A DNA stretch of 64,000 nucleotides, from positions 36,146,001-36,210,000 of the forward strand of contig OZ076418.1 in the NCBI GenBank assembly GCA_964187785.1, read 5' to 3'. Within the stretch, counting starts at the first letter, position 1, and every line of letters begins with the position of its first letter. Below are positions 27,628 to 40,550 of this stretch, one piece after another. The DNA comes from Amphiscolops sp. MND2022. Its lineage: Eukaryota. The notes beneath the pieces are model-generated. The model worked only from the letters and a program-made list of their open reading frames with translations. It had not been told where the DNA came from and did no database searches. The position numbers and the translations under genes were made by a program.

Positions 27628-30600
27628 TCATCTGTGTGCATGGAGTGCGTGGGGCATTTCAGCCCCCGCGTGAGGCGCCTCTCCAGCCATGAGCCCACCT
27701 GCGACCGCTTCGTTTCCGTGGAAATCCCGCATATGGCTGGCAAACCTGGAAAAGCAAAGGCATTACAAAGATCACAAACCAAAACTCTGTCATCTGCATC
27801 GACAATTCGTTGAAGCAAGTTTTTGCGAAAATGATCTGTGCACCTGTGAATTTCATGTGAATGCACAACCTGCAAAAGGAAGTGAAGATCAACTTTCTAA
27901 TAGCCCTCTAAACTGAATAACTCAAACTGGGGATAAACACACCCCTGGAGTATTATTACTCCAGATACTTTTCTAAGATACAAAACAATCCAAGTCAAAA
28001 GTGATCATTTTGACAAAGGAGAAATTAAGAAGCTCTTACTGCAGATAATTCATTTCCGATTACTTCCAAGCTACAAAATAAGCTACCTCAATTGGTTATT
28101 ATTATTATTACAGTCAACTCCGGTTAATTCGTATCCGGATAATTCGGATCTTCGTTTAATTCGTATGTATCTGAGACCCCCATTTCGCGAGGACCAAAGT
28201 AATATCATCCGGTTAATTCGTATTTCTCACTATTCGTACTATTCTATTCGGTCCCCAGTGATACGAATTAGGCGGATTCTACTGTATAATAAATGAAGAA
28301 ATTGAAAAAAAAATGTAAGTGAAAAATTCACCCGTGCAAAAATTACTCTTTTCAAGATGTCTTGACGGAGACAAAAGCGTCTCAATCAATTAATACACGC
28401 CCATGCAAATATTTGAGATCATTTTTCACGAATGCAATCAAATCTACTTGAAGGTCTTCAATGAATATAGAAATTCATTGAAAAAAATTTTCATAGCTGT
28501 CCATCCCGATGAAAAACTAGTCAACCTGCTAATTTTGGCAATTCAGGACCAAATATATAAATTTCTCAATGATTCTTCGTCGTCTTGAAATAATTTATCA
28601 GAAACTCGCAAAACTCCAAACCGACAATTCTAAAATAGAAGTTCAGTCTAAAGTCTTGTAGACTACTTCTATTGACACTACTCCAAGACTGCTTCCATAG
28701 ATACCACTTGGCATTTGAATTGTGATTGAAGACCACTTCGAGGCGTTTTAAATTGAGATGTAAATGGACACAAAGATTAAGGATCGGGTAGCTGTGATTT
28801 TGGCCGAACTTGATGAAAACCGCTTGAGATTATAACCGAATCTGCATGTATAAACTTTGATTTTTTCTGACTGCATTTAATTGTTACATAATAGTTACGA
28901 GATTGAAGCTTCTTTCTCAAATGGTTTGAAAATTCAATCTTATTCTGCTATAAAACTATTCGTCTCTAATCCTGTTCGGCTATAATCCATACCACCTAAG
29001 GATCGATCGACATATTAAGCTGATATCAGAAGATGAAATTCACTCACTGTGTTTGACAGTCTTGGGACAAATCTCGAATATCTGAAGCCCCCAGTGAGAA
29101 TCTGTAGAGGACCATGAAGACTAGAGCATGGAGCAGCAGTGCGTAGCAGAAGGCCATCACTCGCGCCTTACGGTTGGAGAAGATGAGTTGACCCACGTTG
29201 AGCACTACTTTCTCCACCGTCGCCAAATTGGCATACTTCCTGTTGCGCTCCTGTGAAGCAAACAGCCTTCATTTTGGGGTCACGAAACATCAGCTTGACC
29301 ACAATGGAAATCAAAAAACAAAAGGGCTAGCACAAAAGAGTTTATCCAATAAGGAAAATGTTCAAGAACAGTGTAAGGGGACATGGTTTGTAATTAACTC
29401 CAGTATTTTCCAGATATCGCATGGTAAACTTCAATAAATTTGAAGTTTCCGAACATACGAAATGATTCAACTATACAAAATTTTCATTAGTTTTCCAAAC
29501 AAAAGATCCCAGTTACGATGACTCTCTCTGCCGTGGAGCTTTTGTAAAAAAATCCATATCCGTAGAAAACCTGCTCTTAAAAATTTTTAGCAATGAATCT
29601 AAATATCTTTAGCCTTTTGGTGTGAACAAACCACAGTGTGAACAAAACTTGAAGTTAGGACAAGAGATGAAACTAATAATGTTCCAGGTGTGCTATGATT
29701 GTACATACCCGCTGACTGAAGGTAGTGAAGGGGTCTAATCTGCTTTCGTAGTCGGCCGAGTACCTGCTTTCCACTGACGAATCCGAAGACTTGTTGGTTG
29801 CTGCGTTTAGGCCTCCCTGAAACCAATAATCAGCTACGTGAACAACTGTCAACACCTTTGACTGAATCGCTAAAACTTTTGAACGAATTAAAATGAAACA
29901 AGCCGGGACCGCCCAAGTCGGCGCCATATCCAAGGCTCAAAAATAGCAAAAGGACATCAAAGTTTCAAAGTATTTTCTTCTACAGCACTAAAATTTTTTT
30001 GAAAAGTCTCACAACGCCGAAAAAAATTGAAAGGGAAGACCCTTCGGGATTTTTCTATACCCAGTCTGTCGCAAAACCCAAAAAAATTGGAGGGGGGCCC
30101 TTTGGGGAATTTTTTTCCGAAAAAAAGTCTCGCAATGCCGAAAAAAACTGAAAGGGGGACCCTTTGGTCTCGTCCGGCATTGTATGTTATGCGGGAAACT
30201 TTTTGGTTCTGTTCCCTGAACTAACAGGTGAAATTTGAAATTTTGTAGAACTTTTGGTAGAACTATTTCGGTCAGTTCAGGTGGTCTTAAAAAAACACTG
30301 ACGAAAAGCCTTGACTATAGTCGACTCTTTTCTTTAGAAAAGCGCCGACTAAAAATGTTGAAAATAACTTGAAGCTAGAACTTCAGGATTCAAGTTGAAA
30401 CCCAAGTTGAAAACATTAAACTCTTTAAAAAAATAGAAATGCTTGTTCGAGTGGTTTACTATTTACAAGATTGAGTTTAATTTAGTCCCCCAGGAATCGG
30501 CTAAAAAATCTTAACCGAAGTCAATGAAATTCAACAGTATGAGCTACCCCGTCAGTCCATTGTCGCCGGGGCTATTCAAACTGCCAAAAAAATGAATTTT

Positions 30601-33600
30601 GGAGATAAAAGTAGCTAAAATGCTAATGACTCGGCTTTTCTTTGCAACCCTCCAAGTCAGGTCGGCCTTCGTCAAGGAAGCCTTAGAATAGTAGTGAAAC
30701 GTTACTCCGCTTCCCGCATGTACTTAGATTATCAGAGGTACGTGGTATAACCAATCAGAACTCACTTCAAGCTTCACTTCAAACCATGCTAAACGGTTTT
30801 CTCGCGTTTTTTGTCATCAGACTTTATCTAATCAAATCATTAAAAGTAGTGAGTTCTTGATTCAAAATTCCAATAGATCACAGTTGATTTTTGGCATGGA
30901 TGAAGCAGTGTAGTGTGTTGTATATAGCTAACAGTGTTGTAAGTCTGGAGATATCTGATTTTCTCGTACAATTGCACGTTGTCAGCTCTCAACTTGTCAC
31001 ACTCGCTTCTCAGAACTGCTATCTTCTGCTGGTGGCCTTTGTTCTCCTGCAAAACAACACCACCATCATTGAATCAGTCAACAAACCACGTTGACACCTG
31101 ATATTCTACGACAATGAAAGTCATCACAATAGACAGGGTCCTAAATGGACAAGCAGTTTCCGAAGACATCCAAGAATTTGCTACATAAACTTGAAACCGT
31201 CATATCTCCTTAAATTATTTGAGTCCGACAAACGATTTATAGCTCGTTTGAAAGAAGACAATCATGGCTTTGAAATTAATTTCTGAAAATTAACTTCATG
31301 TCGCTGATTGCAATTCAGTATGTTTCAAAACATGCTAGAGCCGCTTCAATCCAACCTTGATACCAGTGGGATAAAGTGACCACAAACAGACCCTTGGAAA
31401 ACCCGAAAATCTGCACTGTTTTATTTCGATTTTTTTGGTCCCGGTTTCTTGATTTTAGAGACATCAAATCAGTATTCCGTGAAAATGTTTGCAATTCTCT
31501 GTAATAAGGTCTAATAATATTGTTCAAGAGTTTTCTGTTCCATACTTTCAGCTAGCGCCTTCAGAAGTTTGCAGAAAGAAGCTGGTACGAAATCGTACCA
31601 TGGTCGATTTAGGGTTAATTACTCACAGCTTCGAGTTCCTGGTTTCGGTTTTTGAATCTTTCGCGTTGGCTGGAAACGATGGACAACAATGTATTCTCTG
31701 GTTCGTTCTCTGAAACAAACTTCGCATGGATTTTTTTAAAATTAATTAAGAATCAGTATAGAAATATACCAATAAAAGGCGGTATAATCCATTGGATCAA
31801 ATAGAAATACTAAATGTTAAGCATGTATCTGGGCATCTGCCTAGCATGCCGTCTAGAAAGGGTATTTCCAAAAAAAGTATTCCTTCGGTTTGGGTTTACT
31901 GAGGAACTCCCCATTCCTCCAGTAATGGAGGGAATGAAGGTTCCTCGAGTAACTTCGCATGGAAATAAAATGGATAAGATAATGACAGGATTGAAATCAT
32001 TGAACGATGAAAAACCCATTCAATAGACATTTGACACCAAATATTCCATTCAAAGTACAATGGAATTCTTCATGCATACAAAAGGTTCATTTAATTTCAT
32101 TGGAAAAACTTGTAATTTTCTTTCGAAAACATTTCTGAGTTCACGAGGTGAACAGATTGCTTTCAAAACCTTTTGTCTTAGCTGAGTCTACGATCTCACC
32201 GTTACGAGAAATGTATCCACATCTTAATGGGAGGTGATTGAGATTTTAAAAAAGTGTCAGATTTTGGCAAATTCAAGTATCAATGACAGTCTCCTGTAAG
32301 TCACATACTCCACATACATATCAAAATACCCTGATCAATATATATGGTTTTTATGATCTAAATGTTTTTTTCGCCCATATAATTCATATATCACAATGAG
32401 ACAGCGGAAAACTAATCTAAGCTGCGGTTTTTTGCAGTTTGTCATACTCAAAACGTAAAGAACCCATTCCGTAGAAATCAATACCAAAACGTTTATTCTG
32501 TACCACCTAGATTCATGATCTAAATATCTGAACTTTTTAAAAGAAGACCCCTCAAAAATTCTCAAAAAACACTTCATTTTTTTTACAAATTTTTGTGCGA
32601 GTTTCCATAAATTTTCAAACTGTATGTCGCAAAAATAATCAAGGACAGAGAAATTCCGATGCTTAGCGGTCGTCTGGTTATATCTTAGAAAATCACCTTC
32701 TATTTTCTCCTGAACAGCTACAGCCAGCAACTTCTGTTCACTCAAGAACTCCATGTCCCCAGAATTAGCACTTGCCCCTGACGGGTACACTCCCCCGGGA
32801 GCCGCCCTCTCAAAGGAAGACACTGCCATGGGGTTAGGAGCTCCGTCGCCTTCTGTTCTGAACTTGGAGAACTGAGCGTTGACTGAGAGCAAGTCCTGTT
32901 CTAATTGGCCAATCAGGGTTGACTGTTCCTCAACTGTCCGCTTGCTGGTGCTGAGCTCAAGCTCCAAGGACGTGACACGTTCTAAAAGATATTTTACTGT
33001 TCCAGAAACAATCGAAAACAAGACCGAAAATCATTGCTCAGTCACGGTATGAACTTTAGCCGCAATGAAACTTTTCACTTTTTTTTCTTGAAATACTCAA
33101 TTCTAGACACCAGAAAAAAATTGAGGGCAAACTTCTTCGAATAGTATGCAAAGATTTTCGCCGAGCAACTTTTTTCTTCAAAGAGGACCATATTCAATTA
33201 CGACTGCTACTGGCTGAACTTATTTTGGACAAGCTGTTGCTTTGCTCATATGTGGAATTTTTCGTCCAAGTAGCTCCACGCTGCAGGCCCGCCAGCATGA
33301 AAAACAAGCCGCAAGTTGGCGCCATACCTAAGGCTTAAAAATAACACAAGGACTTCAAAGTGTCAAGTATTTTCTTCGACAGTAACCGAAAAACCCAAAA
33401 GGGGATCGAACTGGCGCGCTAAAAGGAGGGATTCCTTGGGATTTTTTAACATCCATTCTGTTACAAAATATCTGAAATTTGAAAAGGGCCCTTTGGAGAC
33501 ATTGAAAAATTTTCGAAAGTCTCACAATGTCGAAAAAACTGATAGGGACCTCACATTCCACACAGTAAAGTTATCAATTGATCCTATTTGGGGGCTGCCA

Positions 33601-36600
33601 TTCATATATGGTCTCATAGGAATCGATCCGGTTCACCTTGGAGTGACGCGTTGTTATTTCTCCACACAGTGGCCTCATTCTGCAGCTTCTTGTTCTTTTC
33701 CAGCAACAGAAGCTCCAAAGACTGTTTCACTCCGGCTTCTCTGGCTCCTCCTCCACTGACTGAGCCAGAGATAAGGTCTGGCTGTTGACCGGAGCCATTG
33801 TTGTCTGCAGAGGAGTCCGAGGATTCAGAAGCAGGAGAGATACCGAACTCCACCGATTTCATGATGCTGACCGGAAATAACATTTTCATGAGTCATAAAA
33901 GTTCAAAATATGATTCTCAGAAGCAAAATTTTGTATGAAGTCAAGAAAAAAAACATTTAAGTCTCGAATTCATGGCGCTGACCCCAAAGATGTTTCATAA
34001 CTGTGAATTCCAGAATGCAACTTATCGCGAGCTGCCAAGTTTGGAGATTCCAAAAATATCACGGCAAAAGTCTTCGAAAAAAGTGCTCTTCTAAAAATTA
34101 CCGCTACTTGTACAATTCTACTACCGAGCGGGAGAGTGAAAAAAAACATCCAAACTTCAGATTCGTGCAAACATACGTGTCCTTAATCTTGAATCGAAGT
34201 ATAAACTATTACTAACTCTAATTCACGCTTCATTTCTGCATAGTCTCTCTGAGAGTCCAGTTTCTCTTTCTGAAAAACAAAACTCCGTTTTTGAGAATCT
34301 GACCAAACTCATCTGAACCATTCACAAAAAATGATTGTATGTAGCTAACCATTGCTTCTATTTGATTTTCCAGAGTGGAGTAATCTTGCTGATGTTTGTG
34401 TCGCTGTAGATCAGCTGTTTCTTTCAGATTGGTTACTGAGTTGCTCAACTTCCGGTTCTCTTCTACCAACTGCTCTATCTGTGAAAAAAATTCACATTAC
34501 ACTTGTGACAGAATTCAATTTATACCAATACTTCGGAAAAAACTTAGAGATAAAATTAACATAAGTTCATAATTGATTTTATCATTACATTGCCATTGAA
34601 GTGAAAATTTGCCCATCGAATGTGAATCGACGCTGCAACGAGTTAAAATATTGATTGAAACTGATATATCATCCTCAAGTTAATTATCAAAAAGCGACTC
34701 CAACGTGTTGAAACCAGACCTCACCACATAATTGATTTTCATGGATTCTGTTTCTTCATGAAACTTGGTAAATACCAAGCTTTTGGCATTGGTTCCATTC
34801 AGATTCTTGGCCATTTTCAAAAATTCCCAATTCAACTATTGTCAGTTTTGCGACAACTTTATTCATATTTTAAGAGGTCACTTTTCTCAGAACCTGATAG
34901 TAGTAGTATCAGGGAACTCTTAGAGTAATCAAACTTCACAGAGTACTGGGTGAACAAAAAAAACGGAACGCACAAGAAGTTTCGAGGTCTCAAAGTTTCG
35001 AATATTTGTAAACAAACGTTTCCCAACGACTTTGAAAGGAAGGTAAAACATGCTCAGTTGAAGATGTGATTACGTAATGAAAGCTTCACTTTGAATGCTC
35101 GACCGAAAATGTGAAAGCTTATCAGCGAATTGTTTACAAATATTACAATTTTTAAACAGTGAAATTTTTGTGAGTTTCGTTTTTTGGTTCACCTAGTAGT
35201 AGTAAATAGAGTAAGTTGTTGGCATCCCTGACCTGTCTCTCCTTGGCGAGCAGTTCTGCCTCTAGACTGGAGTTGGCCAGTCTGTGGAACGCCTCCTCCA
35301 TCTCAGAGTGGCCGGAATCCGATTGGTGGCTGAAGGCCTGTCTGTCGATCATGCCCTGTGCCTCAGAAAGCTGCGAGTGGAGATCCATCACGTCTTTCTC
35401 GGCTGCAGCCAACTTCTGAAAACAAATCAGGATATGTCAGGAAGCAGCCAAAAATGATACGTTCCTACATTTAAAAAATTTCACATTACAGTGCAGAGAC
35501 AAGCTTATTTTCTACAGACACAATTTTGTGTGTGTAACCCCATAGATTCCACAGATATATCTTCAAACCTGCAAAATTGATTGAATTCCACTAGTTTTGT
35601 GGAAACCGGGACACCGTCAACGCGACAACAAGAAATGATTTGGGGCTGTGATTTATTCAAGAAACGTGGAAGTTCCAGTAGAATCTGCAATTTTTCCATA
35701 AAGTTTCTCAGATCCGTGTTTTTTGGAAATTTGTTAAGGAGAAACCACAGCTGAAAAAAAAAAGTGAAATATCAGACTCGCGGTGAATGGTATGTTCGAA
35801 TTGCAATCCCGATTATGGTATTCTCAAATGTGGAATCTAACCCCAGCTTTCCAGTGGATTAGGCATGTACTTCAAATCGTGTATAGTGTTTTGCTAATTT
35901 TTTCTCAACGGATTGTGTATCGGCATTATGTACGAACAAAAAAATTCTATACGGTATGCGAAGAATTTTCTACGGTTTATAGAATATTGTATTTTTATAA
36001 AATTGACTTTTATAAAAACGCATTTTCAAACATTTTTTCACATTTTGATAACAGTAACGTTCCCTTCGTCTGTAAAACGCCCTTCTTTCCAGTTTAGCAC
36101 GTCAAAACAGCCCTTTTTTGTTTTATAATTTGAAATAAAATCAAAAGTCTGGCAACTTTTTTCAGGTCAATTTTTAGTCAGCGCGTTTTCCTTTTAAGGA
36201 AAAATGCCCGACTATAGCAGTGACCTTTTTTTCTTCAGACCACATTACTCACACTGATCGGTCCACATTTTAGGAACATCGCTGAACCACCTAAGGCCAA
36301 GTCCGGCCCAGGCAAACTTAGTGCAAAGGGTCCCCCTTTCATTTTTTTACTTTTTCAAGGTAGCCTACAAAACCGGACGGGACTAAAGAGTCTCCCCTTT
36401 CGATTTTTTTCGGCACTGTGCGACTTTTTTTCGAAATGTTTTTAATGTCCCCAAAGGCCCCCCTTTGAATTTTTTATTTTGCAACAGAATGTATGTTTAT
36501 AAATCAAAAAGGGTCCCCCTTTTTACATTTTTCAGCACTGTGCGACATTTTTCGACAGAAAAAATTCAAAAATTTCAAGTTTTTTCCAAAAAAATATTTT

Positions 36601-39473
36601 GCGCTTTTTGAGACTTAGATATAGCGCCGACTTTAGACGTTCCCGTCTTGTTTCAAGTATGCTAGCTCGACCGGGAGTCAGATCTTACCAACTTCCTCGT
36701 GTATTCAGTTTATTTCTTGTAAACAGTGTGGTTCAGTAATTCACGCAGCGTGTACTGATAACCGTGTAGATTTCATCTTTTTTCATTATTCATTGAGAAA
36801 AACTATTCCCTCCTTTGCTTTATTCGCAGTTCCATTCCATGTATTCAGTTTGACCTGACCTGACCTTACCTGATTGGCGATCTCGAGGTCAGTGAGGACA
36901 AGTTCCATCTCGCTGTTCTTGGCACTCTGTTCGTCATCCAGTCGACTGCGCAACTCAAACAACTCAGCCTGAGCAGCGTTGTAAGCTGAAAAGGCACAAA
37001 CACATTATTTGCTACCATTTCAAATTACAATAGTTTGATACCAACATTGTCAATTGATGACAAAAAATTCAAATTACATTAAAATAGGGCAAAAGATCCT
37101 CGATAGTTGAACCCGCCTAATTCGTACCGCTAGGGACCGAATAAAATAGTACGAATAATGGGAAATACGAATTGACCGGGTGATATTCCTTTGGTTCTGG
37201 CAAAATGGGGGTCTCGGATGCATACGAATGGAAGATACTCGAAAAGAGACAAAGCTGACTAAAACCAGCATGAAGTTGAAATTTAAAATTCGAGAAAAAA
37301 TAATGAAATATGTAGTAAATGTTTCTGGTCATAATTCTGTGGAAACCTTTATACCAGAAAAAAAACAACAACAAAAATCTGAAATCTAACAAAACCAAGA
37401 AACGAAGAAAAGCTATAAATTGTTTCTGCAATCATAAGGTATGCTCCGAAGGTAATTATAAGGCATCTAAGACACCCCCCGTTCATCAGACGCACTTTGG
37501 TACATTGTGTGAAATATAAGGCATTCGTTACAATAGAACACGACAGAAGAATTACCTGATTGCAAAGCATGTGAATTGTGTTCAGATTCATTGAGACGTT
37601 TCTCCAGGTCGATTTGCGAAGAAGCGATCAGCTGGTTTTTCTCCTCGTAGCTCTTGGCCAATTCTCGCTCTTTCTCAACCAGACGAGCCGCGACGCGAGA
37701 CTCAACCGAGTCCTCCAACTCTTTCACTCGTTCACGAAGTCTGTTGATGGTTACTTCTGTAATCAGTGCAGAAATTATACACAATTGAGCTCATTTGACG
37801 ACAACAGTAATGAAACACGAATGGCCAAAAACTTCAGAAACTGCATTACACCAGAGAAAACTCACAGAAAGATGACATTTCCTATTTTAATGAATAAGAT
37901 ATTATCAGACTACCGTTAACCGGGCATATGTCCTTGGAAACCTATTTTACTATTCGATGAATGAAATCTGTATTTTTACTTTCGATTCACCATCGCATAG
38001 TGGATAATTATTTTCCGCACACATATAATGGGGGAGGAGAATCATAATCTGTGTTGCGGTTTTTTCTAAATTCTGCCAAATCTCCACGATAATAATCTTT
38101 TTAAATAGTCAAGCAACTAAAATAGTCAACTAAGAGGCGGAAAATATCCCGGTGCTTAGCGGGTGTCTTATTCAAATATCAAGTCGAAAAGCATAAATAC
38201 GGAGTTTCAAAATCGAGATGATGAACCCAATTGAAACTTGTTTGAACAACAACATTAGACCGACGCTTCAATGAATAAACTAATTAATCTTGCGCTTAGT
38301 ACATCTTGATTCAAAATGAACATTAACTTTTCCATCTTTTGTCCACTGGGCCGCCAATTTGTACAAAAACATGTCCTTGATTGTCCAAATTTTCTTCCTA
38401 GATCATTTTTTATTTGAAGATTTTATCTATAGAAAATTGAAGACTTAAAAACCTTGATTCTTCACTTCGGCAAATTCTTTGTTGTACTCCGACAGAGTTT
38501 CTCTCAGCTTTCCATTTTCCAGTTCAAGGTCGGCAACTTTGCTCGCCTTCGTTTGTATAGACTGCACGAATTCCAGCGAAGCGAGGGGATCTAAAAATTG
38601 GAAAAAACACCGAATATACTCAACTGAGAGATACAAAATTAACCAAGATTACAATGATTTCAAGAAGTTATGACTTTTCAAGATCAGGGGAAGACTTTTC
38701 CCAACTTTCTCATGCAATTACTCTCCGACCAGTTTAGAACGAATATTTTTCATAATTTATATAACATGTATTATAACAGCTTTGAAACCTGTCTCAAAGT
38801 AGCATCACATTCACCCCTAACTACTTATTAATCACTACGAAAAATGCATGGGATAAAATGGGAATAATCCTAGAAAGACTGACTGACAATAACTATCAAT
38901 TAGAATCCATTTTATACAAATGCTTCCTTCAAAAACTAACGGTTTATAAAACTAATCAAAAGCGAGACTTGCCTATAATTAATGGAAACATTCTATGATT
39001 CGGGAACTCAAACTTTTGGGTGAATATTGCTTTATTTTGACTGATCAAAACCATGTCATTTTTCCAATACAATAATTTCACGGTAGACACCAGTTGAAGA
39101 AGGGATCAACAAAGCCGTAGTAGACCTTTCACTAACCAGGTGCTTCGACAATTCGTTGGTAAACATTCAAGAAAGCAGCTTCGGCGTATTTACTTCTTTT
39201 CGTTAAGTTGTCGATCTAAAACACAAATGGTTACTCTTGCAACAAAGAGGCAATCATACTAAAGACGATTACATCGACTAAGAGAATCAGGTAAAGAAGG
39301 CAAAACAAGACCACCTCTGATTGGAAGTTTTTAAGAAGAGGAGCAGCTTGCTTCTTTGTCTCTGGGGACGCATTTTTCTTGAACTCCTTGTTCTGTTCAA
39401 CCAAGGTTTTCCTACTGGAGTCACTTGCATCAATCCTCTCTGCGAGCTCAGTGGCAACTTGATCTAATTCCGT
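27628..39473 (-). CDS. CUX1: Protein CASP (CUX1 alternatively spliced product / COY1-type Golgi coiled-coil TM protein); first exon not located
   Basis: 15 GT-AG exons in phase: 39315-39473, 39137-39215, 38453-38590, 37556-37756, 36870-36985, 35233-35415, 34350-34478, 34217-34269, 33637-33866, 32742-32981, 31627-31709, 30933-31046, 29709-29816, 29048-29250, 27628-27745 (717 aa + stop). Hallmarks: [126 protein letters not shown], luminal FASHMRDFH. Confidence 0.95.
28111..28284. mobile_element. Tc1/mariner(pogo)-type MITE
   Basis: TA|CAGTCAACTCCGGTTAATTCG...CGAATTAGGCGGATTCTACTG|TA. A partial second copy in opposite orientation lies at ~37102-37235. Confidence 0.8.
29898..30355 (+). mobile_element. 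HINE/DINE-1-like (Helentron-associated) non-autonomous element, copy 1
   Basis: Subterminal inverted repeat AGTCGGCGC (29916-29924) / GCGCCGACT (30342-30350), palindrome GACTATAGTC just upstream of the 3' copy, terminal A-run; related copies at 33304 and 36171. Confidence 0.6.
33304..33548 (+). mobile_element. Partial copy of the same HINE-like family
   Basis: ACAAGCC..AAGTTGGCGCCATACCTAAGGCT start shared with copy 1. Confidence 0.6.
36171..36651 (-). mobile_element. HINE-like family, diverged full copy
   Basis: Reverse strand reads ACAAGAC...AAGTCGGCGCTATATCTAAG ... CTATAGTC ... GCGCTGACTAAAAA. Confidence 0.6.
37102..37235 (-). mobile_element. Partial copy of the 28111 MITE
   Basis: CCGCCTAATTCGTA..GGGACCGAATA.AATAGTACGAATA...GGGGTCTC.GAT matches the reverse complement of 28111-28284. 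Confidence 0.7.
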
Positions 39474-39779
39474 CTGAAACACAGTAAGTATATGATTTGA
39501 TCAGTCATTGATGGAAAAACCATTGGCTTTCCATCAAAAATGAGAAAACAAAATTCATTTTTTTCCAGAAAGTGGAGTGTACAACAGTAGGGTACCAGGA
39601 GTTCACGAACACTCAGTGTGTTTTAGAATTCTCACATTTTTCGCTGAAAAAGCATTTCTGGGCAAATCCATGTTTGGTGTTTAATTTTCGTGAACCTCAT
39701 TGTGAAAACTTTCCAAAAGGAGCTTCCCATGAAAATCTTTATATTGCATCCAAATTGTTCACAGGGTTATAATCTGGTA

Positions 39780-39975
39780 CTGCCAAAAAGTAACCCTCAG
39801 ACCTGATTTGAAAACTAATACAAGCTGATGATAATGACGTTTTGCAATAACTCCTTGAAATGCAGTGAAAACTCTCAGCGAAAAAGTCTCACAAAGCCGA
39901 AATAACAGGGATAAAAACACTTTTGGTAAAGTGCGAGACTCCAACCCACGTCCTTCTGCTTCTCAGGTCTCAAAA
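39780..39975 (-). mobile_element. Degenerate tRNA-derived SINE
   Basis: B-box-like GTGGGTTGGAGTCTCGCAC followed by a body sequence; A-box decayed. Confidence 0.35.
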
Positions 39976-40550
39976 ACTTGGCAGAAGTTACAAGTTACTA
40001 AGCAACAGTTTATGAAACTGATTAAGTTCGTCGTAAAAAAGTCACCACTATAGCCTGGTCTATTCTTTCTACGATCCAGTTTATCTCTGCTATTTTCCCC
40101 CAAACATTTCAAAAGTGCATTTACAGGGGGCAGCCCGTGTCCAACTTTCTGCCAAACAAAACCATTTGGCTTATTCACGGCAAGTTTCAGCGTCCTAACT
40201 TTTTCTGATCAAAAGTTCTAGGACTTTTTTCAAAAAATATATTCAACTTCAGGCCTCTAAAAGTCAGGAAGCGTCCACACTTAGGTTTGCAAGTGGATGT
40301 ACGTGGAAAGCATATGTACAGACGATAAAAACGCCACTATGAAAAGTGCCAAACTATTAGAATGGCTAGTTTTTTTCCGCTGTACCACTTTTTGTGCACT
40401 TTTACTTAATTTTGAATGCATCCAAAGCCTCTAACATCGGCTGCAAATCCAATGCAAAGCAGAAAGAAACTACTACTACTACTACTATAAGACTGAATTG
40501 ATACTAGTCAACACAAAAGAACAACTTGATGATAACATGTACAGATTTTT

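Noticed and set aside
27621-27892. Two minus-strand ORFs with Cys/His motifs
   Set aside because: The true last CASP exon (FASHMRDFH...) uses the third frame from the acceptor at 27746.
29044-29046. TGA as the CASP stop
   Set aside because: It overlaps a consensus GTGAGT donor, and splicing to 27745 restores the conserved luminal FxxHxxxFH motif.
32335-33021. 228-aa ORF as an independent gene
   Set aside because: Only 32742-32981 is CASP exon; the rest is intron read-through.
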